Notes under the pieces: model-generated
What the model saw: the letters and a program-made list of their open reading frames with translations, nothing else
Database searches by the model: none
Told to the model about the DNA's origin: nothing
Program-made: the position numbers and the translations under genes
In this document: positions 18,039 through 26,840 of the stretch, piece after piece
Layout of the letters: each line of letters starts with the position of its first letter
How positions within the stretch are numbered: position 1 is the first letter of the stretch
Source: Peptococcia bacterium
Lineage (GTDB): Bacteria > Bacillota > Peptococcia > DRI-13 > DTU073
Assembly: GCA_050951605.1 (NCBI GenBank)
Contig: JBMNJJ010000002.1
Coordinates: 274,394-338,393, forward strand
Direction of reading: 5' to 3'
DNA: 64,000 bases

Positions 18039-19247
18039 ATGAAAAGTTTAAAAAGTTTAATGGCAATTATTATACGAGAATTTAAATATATTATTTCTAA
18101 CAAACGACTTTTAGCAATTCTTTTAATTATACCTGCCTTTTATACATCTCTTTTTGGTTTGCTTTATTGTGAGCAGGTTGTTAATGGAATAAAAACTGTG
18201 GTTGTAGATATGGATAAGACTCCAATGAGTAGAACGGTTATTGAAGCTTTTAATAAGTCTGTTAAATATGACTTAGTAGCTTCTTTGCAATCAGAACAAG
18301 AAATAGGGGAGTACATAGAAAGTGAACGAGCAGATGCAGCTATTGTTATTCCCAAGAATTTTTCTACGAATGTTTACAAAGAAGAAGAATCTCCTATTCT
18401 GATTATTGTTAATGGTAGTAATATGATTATTAGCAATAGTGTTACGGTAAGTGCTTTGCAAATTATTCAATCTATTTCTACGGGAATAGCGGCTACTAAA
18501 GTAGAAACTGCCGGAGGTGTAGCTTTTAATCAAGCAATTACTCAAGTCAATCCTTTATCTTTTCGGATTCGGGCTTGGTATAATCCTAGCTATAATTATA
18601 CCAACTTTTTACTTTTAGGTCTTGTGTCGACAGCTTTACAACAGGTTACACTTCTTTATGTAGCAGTAGCTATGGTCAGGGAAATTGAGAAGGGGACTTT
18701 GCCTGAATTAAGGCAAATGAAAGGTGGAGCATTTATTAAAGTATTGGGAAAAAATATTCCGTATCTCCTTTGTGCTTTCTTTTCTCTTTCTGCTTCTACG
18801 GCAATAGCAAGATTTGTTTTTGATGTACCTTTTAGTGGTAGCATTTTTGCCTTGTTTGTTTTATTTTTACTCTTTTTATTTTGTATTGTTTCCTTGGGAA
18901 TATTCCTTTCTTTGATTTGTCGTACAGAATTAGAAGCAACGCAAATATCAATGTTAGTGGCTGTTCCTTCTTTCCTTTTCTCAGGGTTTACATGGCCTCT
19001 TCAGGCAATGCCTTTACCCTGTAAATTATTAGCTTCTGTTCTTCCCCTTACTTATTTTGCCCCCGCTTATCGTAAACTTTCTATTATGGGGCTGGGGTTA
19101 AGTGGGATTCAACATGAATTAATAGGGCTTGCCATCTTGTCCTTGGTTTTAGTACCTTTGTCTATTCTTGTTTTTAAATGGAAATATGAAAAAGGATATC
19201 AGTTGCGTGAGGTTATTTTTAAGAAAAAGGAGGAAATAGTATCATGA
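18039..19247 (+). CDS. ABC-2-type transporter permease (YhhJ/YbhS-like)
   Basis: N-terminal TM helix, large extracytoplasmic loop, then five or six C-terminal TM helices. No nucleotide-binding domain is present in the protein or the operon. Confidence 0.8.
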   Translation: MKSLKSLMAIIIREFKYIISNKRLLAILLIIPAFYTSLFGLLYCEQVVNGIKTVVVDMDKTPMSRTVIEAFNKSVKYDLVASLQSEQEIGEYIESERADAAIVIPKNFSTNVYKEEESPILIIVNGSNMIISNSVTVSALQIIQSISTGIAATKVETAGGVAFNQAITQVNPLSFRIRAWYNPSYNYTNFLLLGLVSTALQQVTLLYVAVAMVREIEKGTLPELRQMKGGAFIKVLGKNIPYLLCAFFSLSASTAIARFVFDVPFSGSIFALFVLFLLFLFCIVSLGIFLSLICRTELEATQISMLVAVPSFLFSGFTWPLQAMPLPCKLLASVLPLTYFAPAYRKLSIMGLGLSGIQHELIGLAILSLVLVPLSILVFKWKYEKGYQLREVIFKKKEEIVS

Positions 19248-20503
19248 AAAAAACGGTTGCTCTTTTAACGATATTTTGTTTACTCATAGGAGTTGTTCCC
19301 GTTTCCGCTGTTGATTCTGTGACTAAGGATAAGAATAGTAATGAAATTTATACGTTAACAATGAAAGAAGCAGTTGATTTAACGCTAAAAAACAGCCCTG
19401 ATTTACAGATGGTTGATGTCTATGTTGGATTTACCGAACGTTCCATGATCGATTCACGTGATATGCGTGATGATATTAGAGAGGGAATTAGTGCTACTCT
19501 GCAAGGGGCTCATCAGCAGATTAGAGCTTTAGAAATGCAGAAACAAGCTGTAGAGAATTTTGAACCGGATCCAATTATGAAGGCGGCAAAAGTTGCAGGT
19601 CTAGAGGTAGCGCGTCAAGGTGTAGTTTATTCCATGGGTGTTGTAGATTTAATGCAGGAAACAATGGAAAATATTAAAACTCTTTCTGAAAGAGCTGAAG
19701 AAGGTTATGATGATGCTCAACGAGCCCGTCAGGATGCAGGAAAAAAAGTGGCTTTTGGTGTTGAAAAGCTTTATTTAGCGATGCTGATTCTGGATGACTT
19801 TATTTTATTGCAGGAAGATAATATTGATTTACAGCGGGAATTAACAAGGATTGAACGTTTGAAATATCAGAATGGATTGAGTACGGCTGTAGAAGTAGAT
19901 AAAGTGGCTCAAAAAGTATTGGAAGAGGAACAACGTCTTCACGACTTAGAAAATACGCGTTTATTACTAACTTACCAGATGAATAGAAATATTGGTAGAG
20001 AGTGGAATGCTCCTTTACAACTTACTCCTGTAGGTTTTCAACCTGTTAAAATTAGTGATGTGGAAACTGCTTATCATAAGGCTGTAGATTCTGCTTTAGT
20101 TATTCTTCAACATAATCGTACTATTGATAATAAAAAGGATGATTTAAGAAAAGCCGAAAGTAATTCTGCTGAATTAGAAAGAATTAAATTAGAAATAAGA
20201 AAAACACAAATTGATTTACAAGAAGAACAATTTAAGATGAAGAAAAACCTAGAAGATTTAAATAGTAAGATAATCATAGCCAAGAAAAATCTTATGGAAC
20301 GTAAACAGAAATATGAAACAGCGAAAGCTGATTATGAACATGCTCAAGTTGCTTATCAGCAAGGAATTGGTTTAAAGATTCAAGTTGATGGATGCAAATT
20401 AATTATGGCTAAAGAGCATAATAACTATATTAAGGCTGTAAATGATTACTATTCGGCAGTACGTGAATTTCAGTTGGGGGAAGAAGGAATTTTCTTGGAG
20501 TAA
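19244..20503 (+). CDS. TolC-like outer-membrane efflux protein family member
   Basis: Signal peptide (LLIGVVPVSA-VD) followed by two-fold repeated long coiled-coil segments typical of the OEP family. The start overlaps the permease stop (ATGA). Confidence 0.7.
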   Translation: MKKTVALLTIFCLLIGVVPVSAVDSVTKDKNSNEIYTLTMKEAVDLTLKNSPDLQMVDVYVGFTERSMIDSRDMRDDIREGISATLQGAHQQIRALEMQKQAVENFEPDPIMKAAKVAGLEVARQGVVYSMGVVDLMQETMENIKTLSERAEEGYDDAQRARQDAGKKVAFGVEKLYLAMLILDDFILLQEDNIDLQRELTRIERLKYQNGLSTAVEVDKVAQKVLEEEQRLHDLENTRLLLTYQMNRNIGREWNAPLQLTPVGFQPVKISDVETAYHKAVDSALVILQHNRTIDNKKDDLRKAESNSAELERIKLEIRKTQIDLQEEQFKMKKNLEDLNSKIIIAKKNLMERKQKYETAKADYEHAQVAYQQGIGLKIQVDGCKLIMAKEHNNYIKAVNDYYSAVREFQLGEEGIFLE

Positions 20504-20529
20504 ATTTTTGTGTAATGTAAATAAGAGAA

Positions 20530-20558
20530 TTGAAATAAAGGAATAAAATTGTTATACT
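20530..20558 (+). promoter_or_regulatory. Sigma-A-type promoter upstream of htrA
   Basis: TTGAAA, 17-nt spacer ending in TGT (extended -10), TATACT. Confidence 0.55.
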
Positions 20559-20609
20559 ATATTATTAAGATGTAAATAAGTAAAAAGCTTTTCGGTTGGG
20601 GGTATGAAC

Positions 20610-21794
20610 ATGAAACACTTAAAAATTAATAAAATGCTTGTACTTTATACGTTATTAATTTTTTTAGGGGGAGTGTTTTGTGGTGGATTTTATCTTACGG
20701 TAAAGGGCTATGATGTACCCTGGAGTATGCAAAAACCAATAGGTGCTGAATTAGAATCAAACGAGCAAAATGCTTTTGCTCGTTTAGATACGGTGGTAGG
20801 AACAAAGAGTATTGAAAAAATTGTGGAGGAAGCAGGTCCTGCCGTAGTAAAAATTGAAACTATTGCTCAAGTGAAGAGTCGTTCTAATGATTTCTTTTTA
20901 GATCCTTTTGATGACCCTTTTTTCCGTCATTTTTTTGGCGATAGTTTTCAAATGGAACCTCAACCTAGACAAACACAAGGCTTAGGTTCAGGCTTTATTA
21001 TTTCTAAAGATGGCTATATCTTAACAAATAATCATGTTGTAGAAGGTGCAGATGAAATTAAAGTTTACTTAACTAGTCGTCAAGAACCTTATAAGGCGAA
21101 AATCATAGGTGCTGATGCGGATCTGGATTTGGCAGTTATAAAGATTAATGCCGGTTTAAATTTACCTATGTTAAAAATGGGGGATTCTCATAAAACGAAA
21201 GTAGGAAATTGGGTGATTGCGATTGGTAATCCTTATGGACTTGACCATACGGTTACGGTAGGTGTGATTAGTGCTAAAGGTAGACCTTTAGTGATTGAAG
21301 GAAGGGAGTTTAAAGATTTAATTCAGACAGATGCTTCAATTAATCCCGGGAATAGTGGAGGACCTCTTTTAAATCTCAATGGTGAAGTAGTAGGAATTAA
21401 TACAGCGATTAATGCTCAAGCACAGGGAATTGGGTTTGCCATCCCCAGTTCTTCTGTTTTACAAGTGTTAGATGATTTATTAGTAAAAGGAAAAGTTATA
21501 CGACCTTGGTTAGGCGTCTATATGCAGCCTGTAACTAAAGAATTAGCAGATTATTTTGGATTGAAAAAAGCGGAAGGGGCTCTTGTTAATTCAGTACAAG
21601 AAGACTCCCCTGCAAGTAAAGCTGGTATACAAAGAGGCGATATTATTTTAGAATTTAATAAGAAAAAGATTGTTGAGCCGAAAGATCTCCAAGAAGCAGT
21701 AAAAGCAACAAAAGTAGGAGATAAGGCGATTATCTTAATTTATCGGCAAAATCAAACTTTATATGTAACGGTAAAAATTGAAGAAAGGAAATAA
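20610..21794 (+). CDS. htrA: HtrA/DegP-family serine protease with one PDZ domain and N-terminal membrane anchor
   Basis: Catalytic-triad contexts TNNHVV, DLAVIKI and GNSGGPLLN, plus a C-terminal PDZ domain (GALVNSVQEDSPASKAGIQRGDIILEFN). The ATG at 20610 has better RBS spacing than 20604. Confidence 0.9.
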   Translation: MKHLKINKMLVLYTLLIFLGGVFCGGFYLTVKGYDVPWSMQKPIGAELESNEQNAFARLDTVVGTKSIEKIVEEAGPAVVKIETIAQVKSRSNDFFLDPFDDPFFRHFFGDSFQMEPQPRQTQGLGSGFIISKDGYILTNNHVVEGADEIKVYLTSRQEPYKAKIIGADADLDLAVIKINAGLNLPMLKMGDSHKTKVGNWVIAIGNPYGLDHTVTVGVISAKGRPLVIEGREFKDLIQTDASINPGNSGGPLLNLNGEVVGINTAINAQAQGIGFAIPSSSVLQVLDDLLVKGKVIRPWLGVYMQPVTKELADYFGLKKAEGALVNSVQEDSPASKAGIQRGDIILEFNKKKIVEPKDLQEAVKATKVGDKAIILIYRQNQTLYVTVKIEERK

Positions 21795-21800
21795 AGCAAA

Positions 21801-21825
21801 AGGCACTTAAACGAGTGCCTTTTTT
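21801..21825 (+). terminator. Rho-independent terminator
   Basis: AGGCACT-TAAACG-AGTGCCT followed by TTTTT. Confidence 0.75.
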
Positions 21826-21906
21826 ACCGGATAAAAATATTTTTAAGCAGGTAATTTACTAGCTGGTGTTGAATGAAAATACAAACTGAAAGTGGGGTAG
21901 ACATTT

Positions 21907-22632
21907 TTGGAAGACAAATTATCGGAAAACGTAAAAGGAACGTTAATTGTAATTGAGGCACCAGATGGTAGTGGCAAGAAAACTCAATCTGAATTACTTT
22001 TTAATCGGTTAAAGAAAGAGGAGTATCCGGTAAAAAAAGTAGAATTTCCTAATTATCATAGTCCATCGTCAAGTTTAGTGAAAATGTATTTGCGAGGAGA
22101 ATTTGGTAAAAATCCGAATGAGGTGAACCCTTATGCGGCTTCCGCTTTTTATGCGGTAGATCGCTTTGCTTCTTTTAAGAAGGAGTGGCAAAGTTTTTAT
22201 GCTGAAGGTGGTATTATAATTGCGGATAGATATACTACTTCTAATCTGATTCATCAAGCGGTAAAGTTTACAGATGAAAAAGAGAAGGAGAAATATTTAG
22301 ATTGGTTATGGGACTTTGAGTTTAATCTTCTTGCTTTACCAGTACCTGATGTAGTTTTTTTCTTAAATATGCCGTCTAATTTTAGTGAAAAACTAATTAC
22401 TGCAAGAAAAAATAAATTTACAGGTAAGGCTCAAAAAGATATTCATGAAATAAATAAAGATTATTTAAGAAAGTCATATGAAAATGCTTGTTGGATAGCT
22501 GAAAAATACAACTGGGTAAAAATAGAATGTGTGCAAAACAATGAGGTTAAGCCAATTGCAGAGATTCATGAAAACCTTTATTGGGAATTTATTCAGGTTA
22601 TAGAAGGTGGAAAACAGACGAAGACGGTTTAA
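21907..22632 (+). CDS. Thymidylate (dTMP) kinase-family protein
   Basis: LIVIEAPDGSGKKTQ P-loop and ADRYTTSNLIHQ, typical of the Tmk family. TTG start with an RBS. Confidence 0.7.
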   Translation: MEDKLSENVKGTLIVIEAPDGSGKKTQSELLFNRLKKEEYPVKKVEFPNYHSPSSSLVKMYLRGEFGKNPNEVNPYAASAFYAVDRFASFKKEWQSFYAEGGIIIADRYTTSNLIHQAVKFTDEKEKEKYLDWLWDFEFNLLALPVPDVVFFLNMPSNFSEKLITARKNKFTGKAQKDIHEINKDYLRKSYENACWIAEKYNWVKIECVQNNEVKPIAEIHENLYWEFIQVIEGGKQTKTV

Positions 22633-22744
22633 AATTAAGAAGATTTAAAGCTGGTGAAAAAGTCACCGGCTTTTTTGGGGCATAATTTTTTCTTTTTAGG
22701 AAGATACTATCCTTAAACTAATTTTATTTAAGGAGGTATGCTTT

Positions 22745-23224
22745 GTGAATAATAAAAGAAAAATTCTCTTTATCTTATTTACTGTAATTTTTATGTTTAG
22801 TGTGGTGGTAGCAACTGCTTGTAATCCTGCTAGAAGACCGGGACCGACACAGCCTGCTCCAACTCCACCTGCTCCTGTTGCTCCAACAGAAGATACTACT
22901 AAAGCACGGGCTTTAGCTGAAAAAATTAGTGATCTGAAAAACATTAATTCAGCTACTGTTGTTGTTTCAGGGAATAAGGCTTGGGTGGGTGTAGATTTAG
23001 CGGCTAAAATGGAAAATAAAATGACTAATGCGATGAAAAATGAAATCACTAAACTGGTAAAAAAAGAGGACAAGAATATTACTACCGTATATGTAACTGC
23101 AGATGCGGATACTGTTACACGACTGCGCAATATTGCTAAGGATATTGCTGCCGGGAAACCGATATCCGGTTTTATCAATGAATTAAATGAAATCGGTAGG
23201 CGAATTACTCCTTCAGCTAAGTAG
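22745..23224 (+). CDS. YhcN/YlaJ-family sporulation/germination lipoprotein
   Basis: Lipobox VVATAC, Pro-rich linker, and C-terminal YhcN/YlaJ segment (NSATVVVSGNKAWVGVDL...ITTVYVTADADTVTRLR). GTG start 8 nt after AAGGAGG. Confidence 0.8.
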   Translation: MNNKRKILFILFTVIFMFSVVVATACNPARRPGPTQPAPTPPAPVAPTEDTTKARALAEKISDLKNINSATVVVSGNKAWVGVDLAAKMENKMTNAMKNEITKLVKKEDKNITTVYVTADADTVTRLRNIAKDIAAGKPISGFINELNEIGRRITPSAK

Positions 23225-23252
23225 AGTAAGTAAAAAACAAATAGGCATAAAT

Positions 23253-23280
23253 AAAAGGGAGGTGTTTGCCTCCCTTTTAT
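23253..23280 (+). terminator. Rho-independent terminator
   Basis: AAAAGGGAGG-TGTTTG-CCTCCCTTTT. Confidence 0.8.
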
Positions 23281-23290
23281 TTATTAAGCG

Positions 23291-23325
23291 ATAAATGTTG
23301 ACAAAACATTTATCAATATTATAAT
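23291..23325 (+). promoter_or_regulatory. Promoter (TTGACA-16-TATAAT) overlapped by a perfect 23-bp palindrome
   Basis: ATAAATGTT-GACAA-AACATTTAT (23291-23313) spans the -35 hexamer (23298-23303). The -10 TATAAT is at 23320-23325. Confidence 0.6.
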
Positions 23326-23377
23326 TTTAGACAAGAGCGCCAATTTATTGAATATATTAAAAAAGGAGGCTGAGTTT

Positions 23378-25186
23378 ATGGGCAAAGAGAAAAGGAAAAT
23401 ATTATTTTTAGTTGTTTTTTCATTGTTTGTTTCCCTTATATTTACTTCGTTAGTATATGCAACAGCAGGTCCTATCGGTTTATGGAAATTAGATGGTAAT
23501 GGCTTGGATTCTAGTGGAAATGGGAATGACGGGTCTGTTAGTGATGTTACTTGGGTGCAAGAAGGTAAAAATGGAACAGCGGGGACTTCAGCAAGCTTTC
23601 GTGGTACACGTAGTTGTGTTGTAATACCACATAATTCAATATTTAATGTGGATGCTTTAACTATTGAGACCTGGATTAATACAGGGAGTTCCTATACTTT
23701 TATGCCTGCTGGTAGAGTTGTCTTATTTAAAGGACGTGCCGGTTATGACGGGCATCCCAATGTTATTCCCGGCGATTATGATTTTCGCGTAGTGAATAAT
23801 TCTTTAGGGTATATTGATCAAATAGTTTTTAATTCGATTTTTGGGAATTTATCTGTGAAGGTAGATTATAAAAAAAACACCTGGCATCACATCGCAGTAA
23901 CGGTCACTAAAGAAGGTTTAATAACACTATATTCTGATGGTAAAGCCATCGCCACAAAACAGGGGAAGTCGGGAGTTTGCAAAAATAGTGAGCCAATTGC
24001 TATTGGTAATTTAATTGGTGTTAATGATTGGTATTGTCATACGATGGATGGCTTAATTGATGAGGTAGCGTTATATAATCGAGCCCTTAGTGCTGAAGAA
24101 ATAAAACAAAATTATCAAAAGAGTGTTTTTCTGGAGAATATCAAAATAACGAATAGAGAGAATGAAGAAACAGCAGTTTCTTATATTTTAGATAAACATT
24201 TAAGTAAAATGGAGTTTGATTTAAAGAAAGCAGTTAATGAATTAGTTTTAGAGTTGGATTTACCTAGTATTATTAAAATAGCCAGTATAGAAAACATTTA
24301 CAAAGATGGTGTAAAAATAGAGCATGAAGCTATTGTTGATGATCATAAAATTGTAATTGAACAAGCTTTGACAGCAGGGCATTATAAGATAGAGTTTACA
24401 TTTGGCATAGAGGGTGAGCTAATGATCAAAACCAAGTCTTACCAAAATGAGGAAAATAAATTTGAGGTCGCTCATGAAAGTGGAGAATTCAAGTTTAAGT
24501 TTATAAATTTAGAATCTCTGCCGGTTAATTTTCTTGACTTTTCGAATGAGGCTAAAAATAGTTCATTAGAGTATAATGGTAGTGCCCAAATTGAGGATAA
24601 TGTTTTGCAACTTACACCTTGCTTAGAGGGTAAGGTAGGAAGCGCTTTTACTAAAGAGAAAATAGCGCTAGGAAAAGAGCGCAGTTTTAGTACATATTTT
24701 ACTTTTAGAATCTCCGGTGAAGCTGATGGATTGTGTTTTGTGCTGCAGGAAAGTTCGAGTGAAGCTCTTGGTGCCGCCGGTAGTGGTTTAGGTGTTAGGA
24801 ATATCCCTTCGCCTGTTGTTGCAGTTGAATTTGATACCTGGGCAGAAGCAGAAAAATATGATTCACCTCATGTCGGCATAGATATAAATCCGCAAGGAGA
24901 AGGTCGGCTTTTGGCTTTAGAATCTGTTACTGCGGAAAGCATTCCTTGGGAGATAGGAAATGGTGAAGTTTATCATGTTTGGATTGATTATAATGGAATT
25001 AGTAAGTACCTGGATGTAAGGATGGGTACTAGTAACAATCGGGCTTTAAGTAACTTATTATTACATCATCAAATAGACTTAGCAAGTATTATATCCCAAG
25101 ATGTTTATATGGGATTTACTGCTGCAACGGGGATGGCGTATGCCAAACACGAAATTTTGAGCTGGTTAGTGGCAGGAGGGAATTAG
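23378..25186 (+). CDS. Secreted protein with N-terminal LamG (concanavalin-A-like) domain and C-terminal legume-type lectin domain
   Basis: Signal peptide, then a LamG signature (LDSSGNGNDGS...WHHIAVT...IDEVALYNRALSAEEI). The C-terminal L-type lectin signature is ADGLCFVLQ...VAVEFDTW...HVGIDIN...YMGFTAATG...HEILSW. ATG at 23378 lies 8 nt after AGGAGG. Confidence 0.8.
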   Translation: MGKEKRKILFLVVFSLFVSLIFTSLVYATAGPIGLWKLDGNGLDSSGNGNDGSVSDVTWVQEGKNGTAGTSASFRGTRSCVVIPHNSIFNVDALTIETWINTGSSYTFMPAGRVVLFKGRAGYDGHPNVIPGDYDFRVVNNSLGYIDQIVFNSIFGNLSVKVDYKKNTWHHIAVTVTKEGLITLYSDGKAIATKQGKSGVCKNSEPIAIGNLIGVNDWYCHTMDGLIDEVALYNRALSAEEIKQNYQKSVFLENIKITNRENEETAVSYILDKHLSKMEFDLKKAVNELVLELDLPSIIKIASIENIYKDGVKIEHEAIVDDHKIVIEQALTAGHYKIEFTFGIEGELMIKTKSYQNEENKFEVAHESGEFKFKFINLESLPVNFLDFSNEAKNSSLEYNGSAQIEDNVLQLTPCLEGKVGSAFTKEKIALGKERSFSTYFTFRISGEADGLCFVLQESSSEALGAAGSGLGVRNIPSPVVAVEFDTWAEAEKYDSPHVGIDINPQGEGRLLALESVTAESIPWEIGNGEVYHVWIDYNGISKYLDVRMGTSNNRALSNLLLHHQIDLASIISQDVYMGFTAATGMAYAKHEILSWLVAGGN

Positions 25187-25278
25187 TCAATGGACTAGAA
25201 GAGGCAACTACCTTTTTAGTAGTGCCTCTTTATTTTTTATGTAGATTGCGAGAGTAAAGAGTGAAAATAGTACAGATA

Positions 25279-25307
25279 TTGACATGGTTTAGGGCTAATC
25301 TTATAAT
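25279..25307 (+). promoter_or_regulatory. Consensus sigma-A promoter TTGACA-17-TATAAT
   Basis: Exact hexamers. The predicted transcription start is within a few nt of the ATG at 25316, so the transcript may be leaderless or near-leaderless. Confidence 0.65.
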
Positions 25308-25315
25308 GTAGAAGG

Positions 25316-26065
25316 ATGACATGTGATTGCAAGTATCTTCTAGGGGTGGTTTTTATATCTATTTATTTATTAAGCTTAATTGCCGGTTTGTTAACGGGGG
25401 TCGGGGCACTTATTACTATTTTAATTAAAAATCCTTCGAACAAACTTCTTTCGCTCTCTTTAGGATTTGCCTCCGGTATAATGTTAGGGATATCCACCTT
25501 TAGTTTAATTCCGGAAAGTTTGGTTTTAGGGAATATTTATTTTTGTGCTGTGGGTTTTGTTAGTGGAGCCGCTTTTTTGGCTCTTCTTGATTTTGTATTA
25601 CCTCATATTCATAAAAGTGAAATGAAATGTGATGAATATAGGAGAATGGGGTATTTTATTGCTATTGGCATAGCAGTGCATAATTTACCGGAAGGTATTG
25701 CCATTGGGGTAAGTAATGAAGTTTCGATCACGTTAGGTTTTTATACAGCTTTATCTATAGGTATTCATAATATTGCGGAGGGGCTTAGTGTGGCGATGCC
25801 CTTGTGTTTGAGTCCTAATATAAAGAAAACGAGAATTGTTTTTATTACTACGGCTACCGGTTTGGCTACACTTTTAGGCACTTTAATTGGTACGGCTATT
25901 ATTAATATTTCTTCATTTTTTATTTCGGCTTCTTTAGCTTTTGCAGCAGGGGCAATGATTTATATTATAAGTGCGGAGCTTATTCCTAAGAGTCATCGTT
26001 CACATAGTAATTATGCAAATATAGGAATCATTATGGGAATTTTAGTAGCTTTATTTTTGGGTTAA
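25316..26065 (+). CDS. ZIP-family (ZupT-like) divalent metal transporter
   Basis: Eight predicted TM helices with conserved HNLPEGIA and HNIAEGLS motifs. Confidence 0.85.
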   Translation: MTCDCKYLLGVVFISIYLLSLIAGLLTGVGALITILIKNPSNKLLSLSLGFASGIMLGISTFSLIPESLVLGNIYFCAVGFVSGAAFLALLDFVLPHIHKSEMKCDEYRRMGYFIAIGIAVHNLPEGIAIGVSNEVSITLGFYTALSIGIHNIAEGLSVAMPLCLSPNIKKTRIVFITTATGLATLLGTLIGTAIINISSFFISASLAFAAGAMIYIISAELIPKSHRSHSNYANIGIIMGILVALFLG

Positions 26066-26109
26066 AAGTGGTTAAGATATTAGTTACAGAAGTGAGGGAG
26101 GTAATAATT

Positions 26110-26832
26110 TTGTTACAATTGAAAAATGTTTGCTATTTCCCAGAAGGTGAAAAAGGAGCTATTCCTGTTTTACGTGATATTAATCTTACGCTAGAACAAG
26201 GCCGATTTTATGTAATTACCGGTCCTAATGGAGGCGGTAAATCTTCTTTAGCTAAGATTATTATGGGGATATATAAGCCTACTTCAGGCAAGATTTTTTT
26301 TGCAGGGGAAGATATTACTGACTTTAGTATCACTGAGCGAGCCCGTTTAGGTATTGGTTATGCTTTTCAGCAACCACCTCGTTTTAAAGGGATCACTGTA
26401 GGGGAATTACTTAGCTTGTCTGGTGGGCAGAAATGTAGGGGTTCTAATTGTAATTATTTATTTGATGTAGGTTTATGTCCTAAAGATTATGTGCAGAGGG
26501 AAGTGAATGCTAGTCTTTCCGGTGGAGAATTGAAACGGATTGAAATTGCTTCTCTTTTAAGTAGAAATTGTCGCTTGGCTATTTTTGATGAGCCTGAGGC
26601 AGGAATAGATTTGTGGAGTTTTAGTCGCTTGACGGATATCTTTAAAAGAATTAAGCGAAAGGAAGAGGTTAGTACTGTAATTATTTCTCATCAAGAGAGA
26701 ATTCTTAAACTAGCTGATGAAGTAATTATTTTGGCGGAAGGAAGTATTCAGGAAAAAGGTGATAAAGAAGACCTTTTAGAAAAGATAGTTAATAAATGTG
26801 ATTGTCGTCAAGATTGTATAGAAAGGGTTTGA
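26110..26832 (+). CDS. ABC ATPase, SufC-like
   Basis: Walker A GPNGGGKSS, signature LSGGELKR, Walker B LAIFDEPEAGID. The TTG at 26110 lies 7 nt after GAGGGAGG. The listed ORF opens at 26068. Confidence 0.75.
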   Translation: MLQLKNVCYFPEGEKGAIPVLRDINLTLEQGRFYVITGPNGGGKSSLAKIIMGIYKPTSGKIFFAGEDITDFSITERARLGIGYAFQQPPRFKGITVGELLSLSGGQKCRGSNCNYLFDVGLCPKDYVQREVNASLSGGELKRIEIASLLSRNCRLAIFDEPEAGIDLWSFSRLTDIFKRIKRKEEVSTVIISHQERILKLADEVIILAEGSIQEKGDKEDLLEKIVNKCDCRQDCIERV

Positions 26833-26840
26833 AGATAAAG

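Noticed and set aside
22696-23178. 160-aa minus-strand ORF overlapping the YhcN/YlaJ lipoprotein gene.
   Set aside because: The plus-strand product has a lipobox, an RBS and clear family motifs. The minus-strand product is a repetitive hydrophobic shadow with no start context.
25279-25315. Zur or Fur box at the ZIP transporter promoter.
   Set aside because: No AT-rich 7-1-7 or 9-1-9 palindrome resembling TAAATCGTAAT-N-ATTACGATTTA or a Fur box overlaps the promoter.
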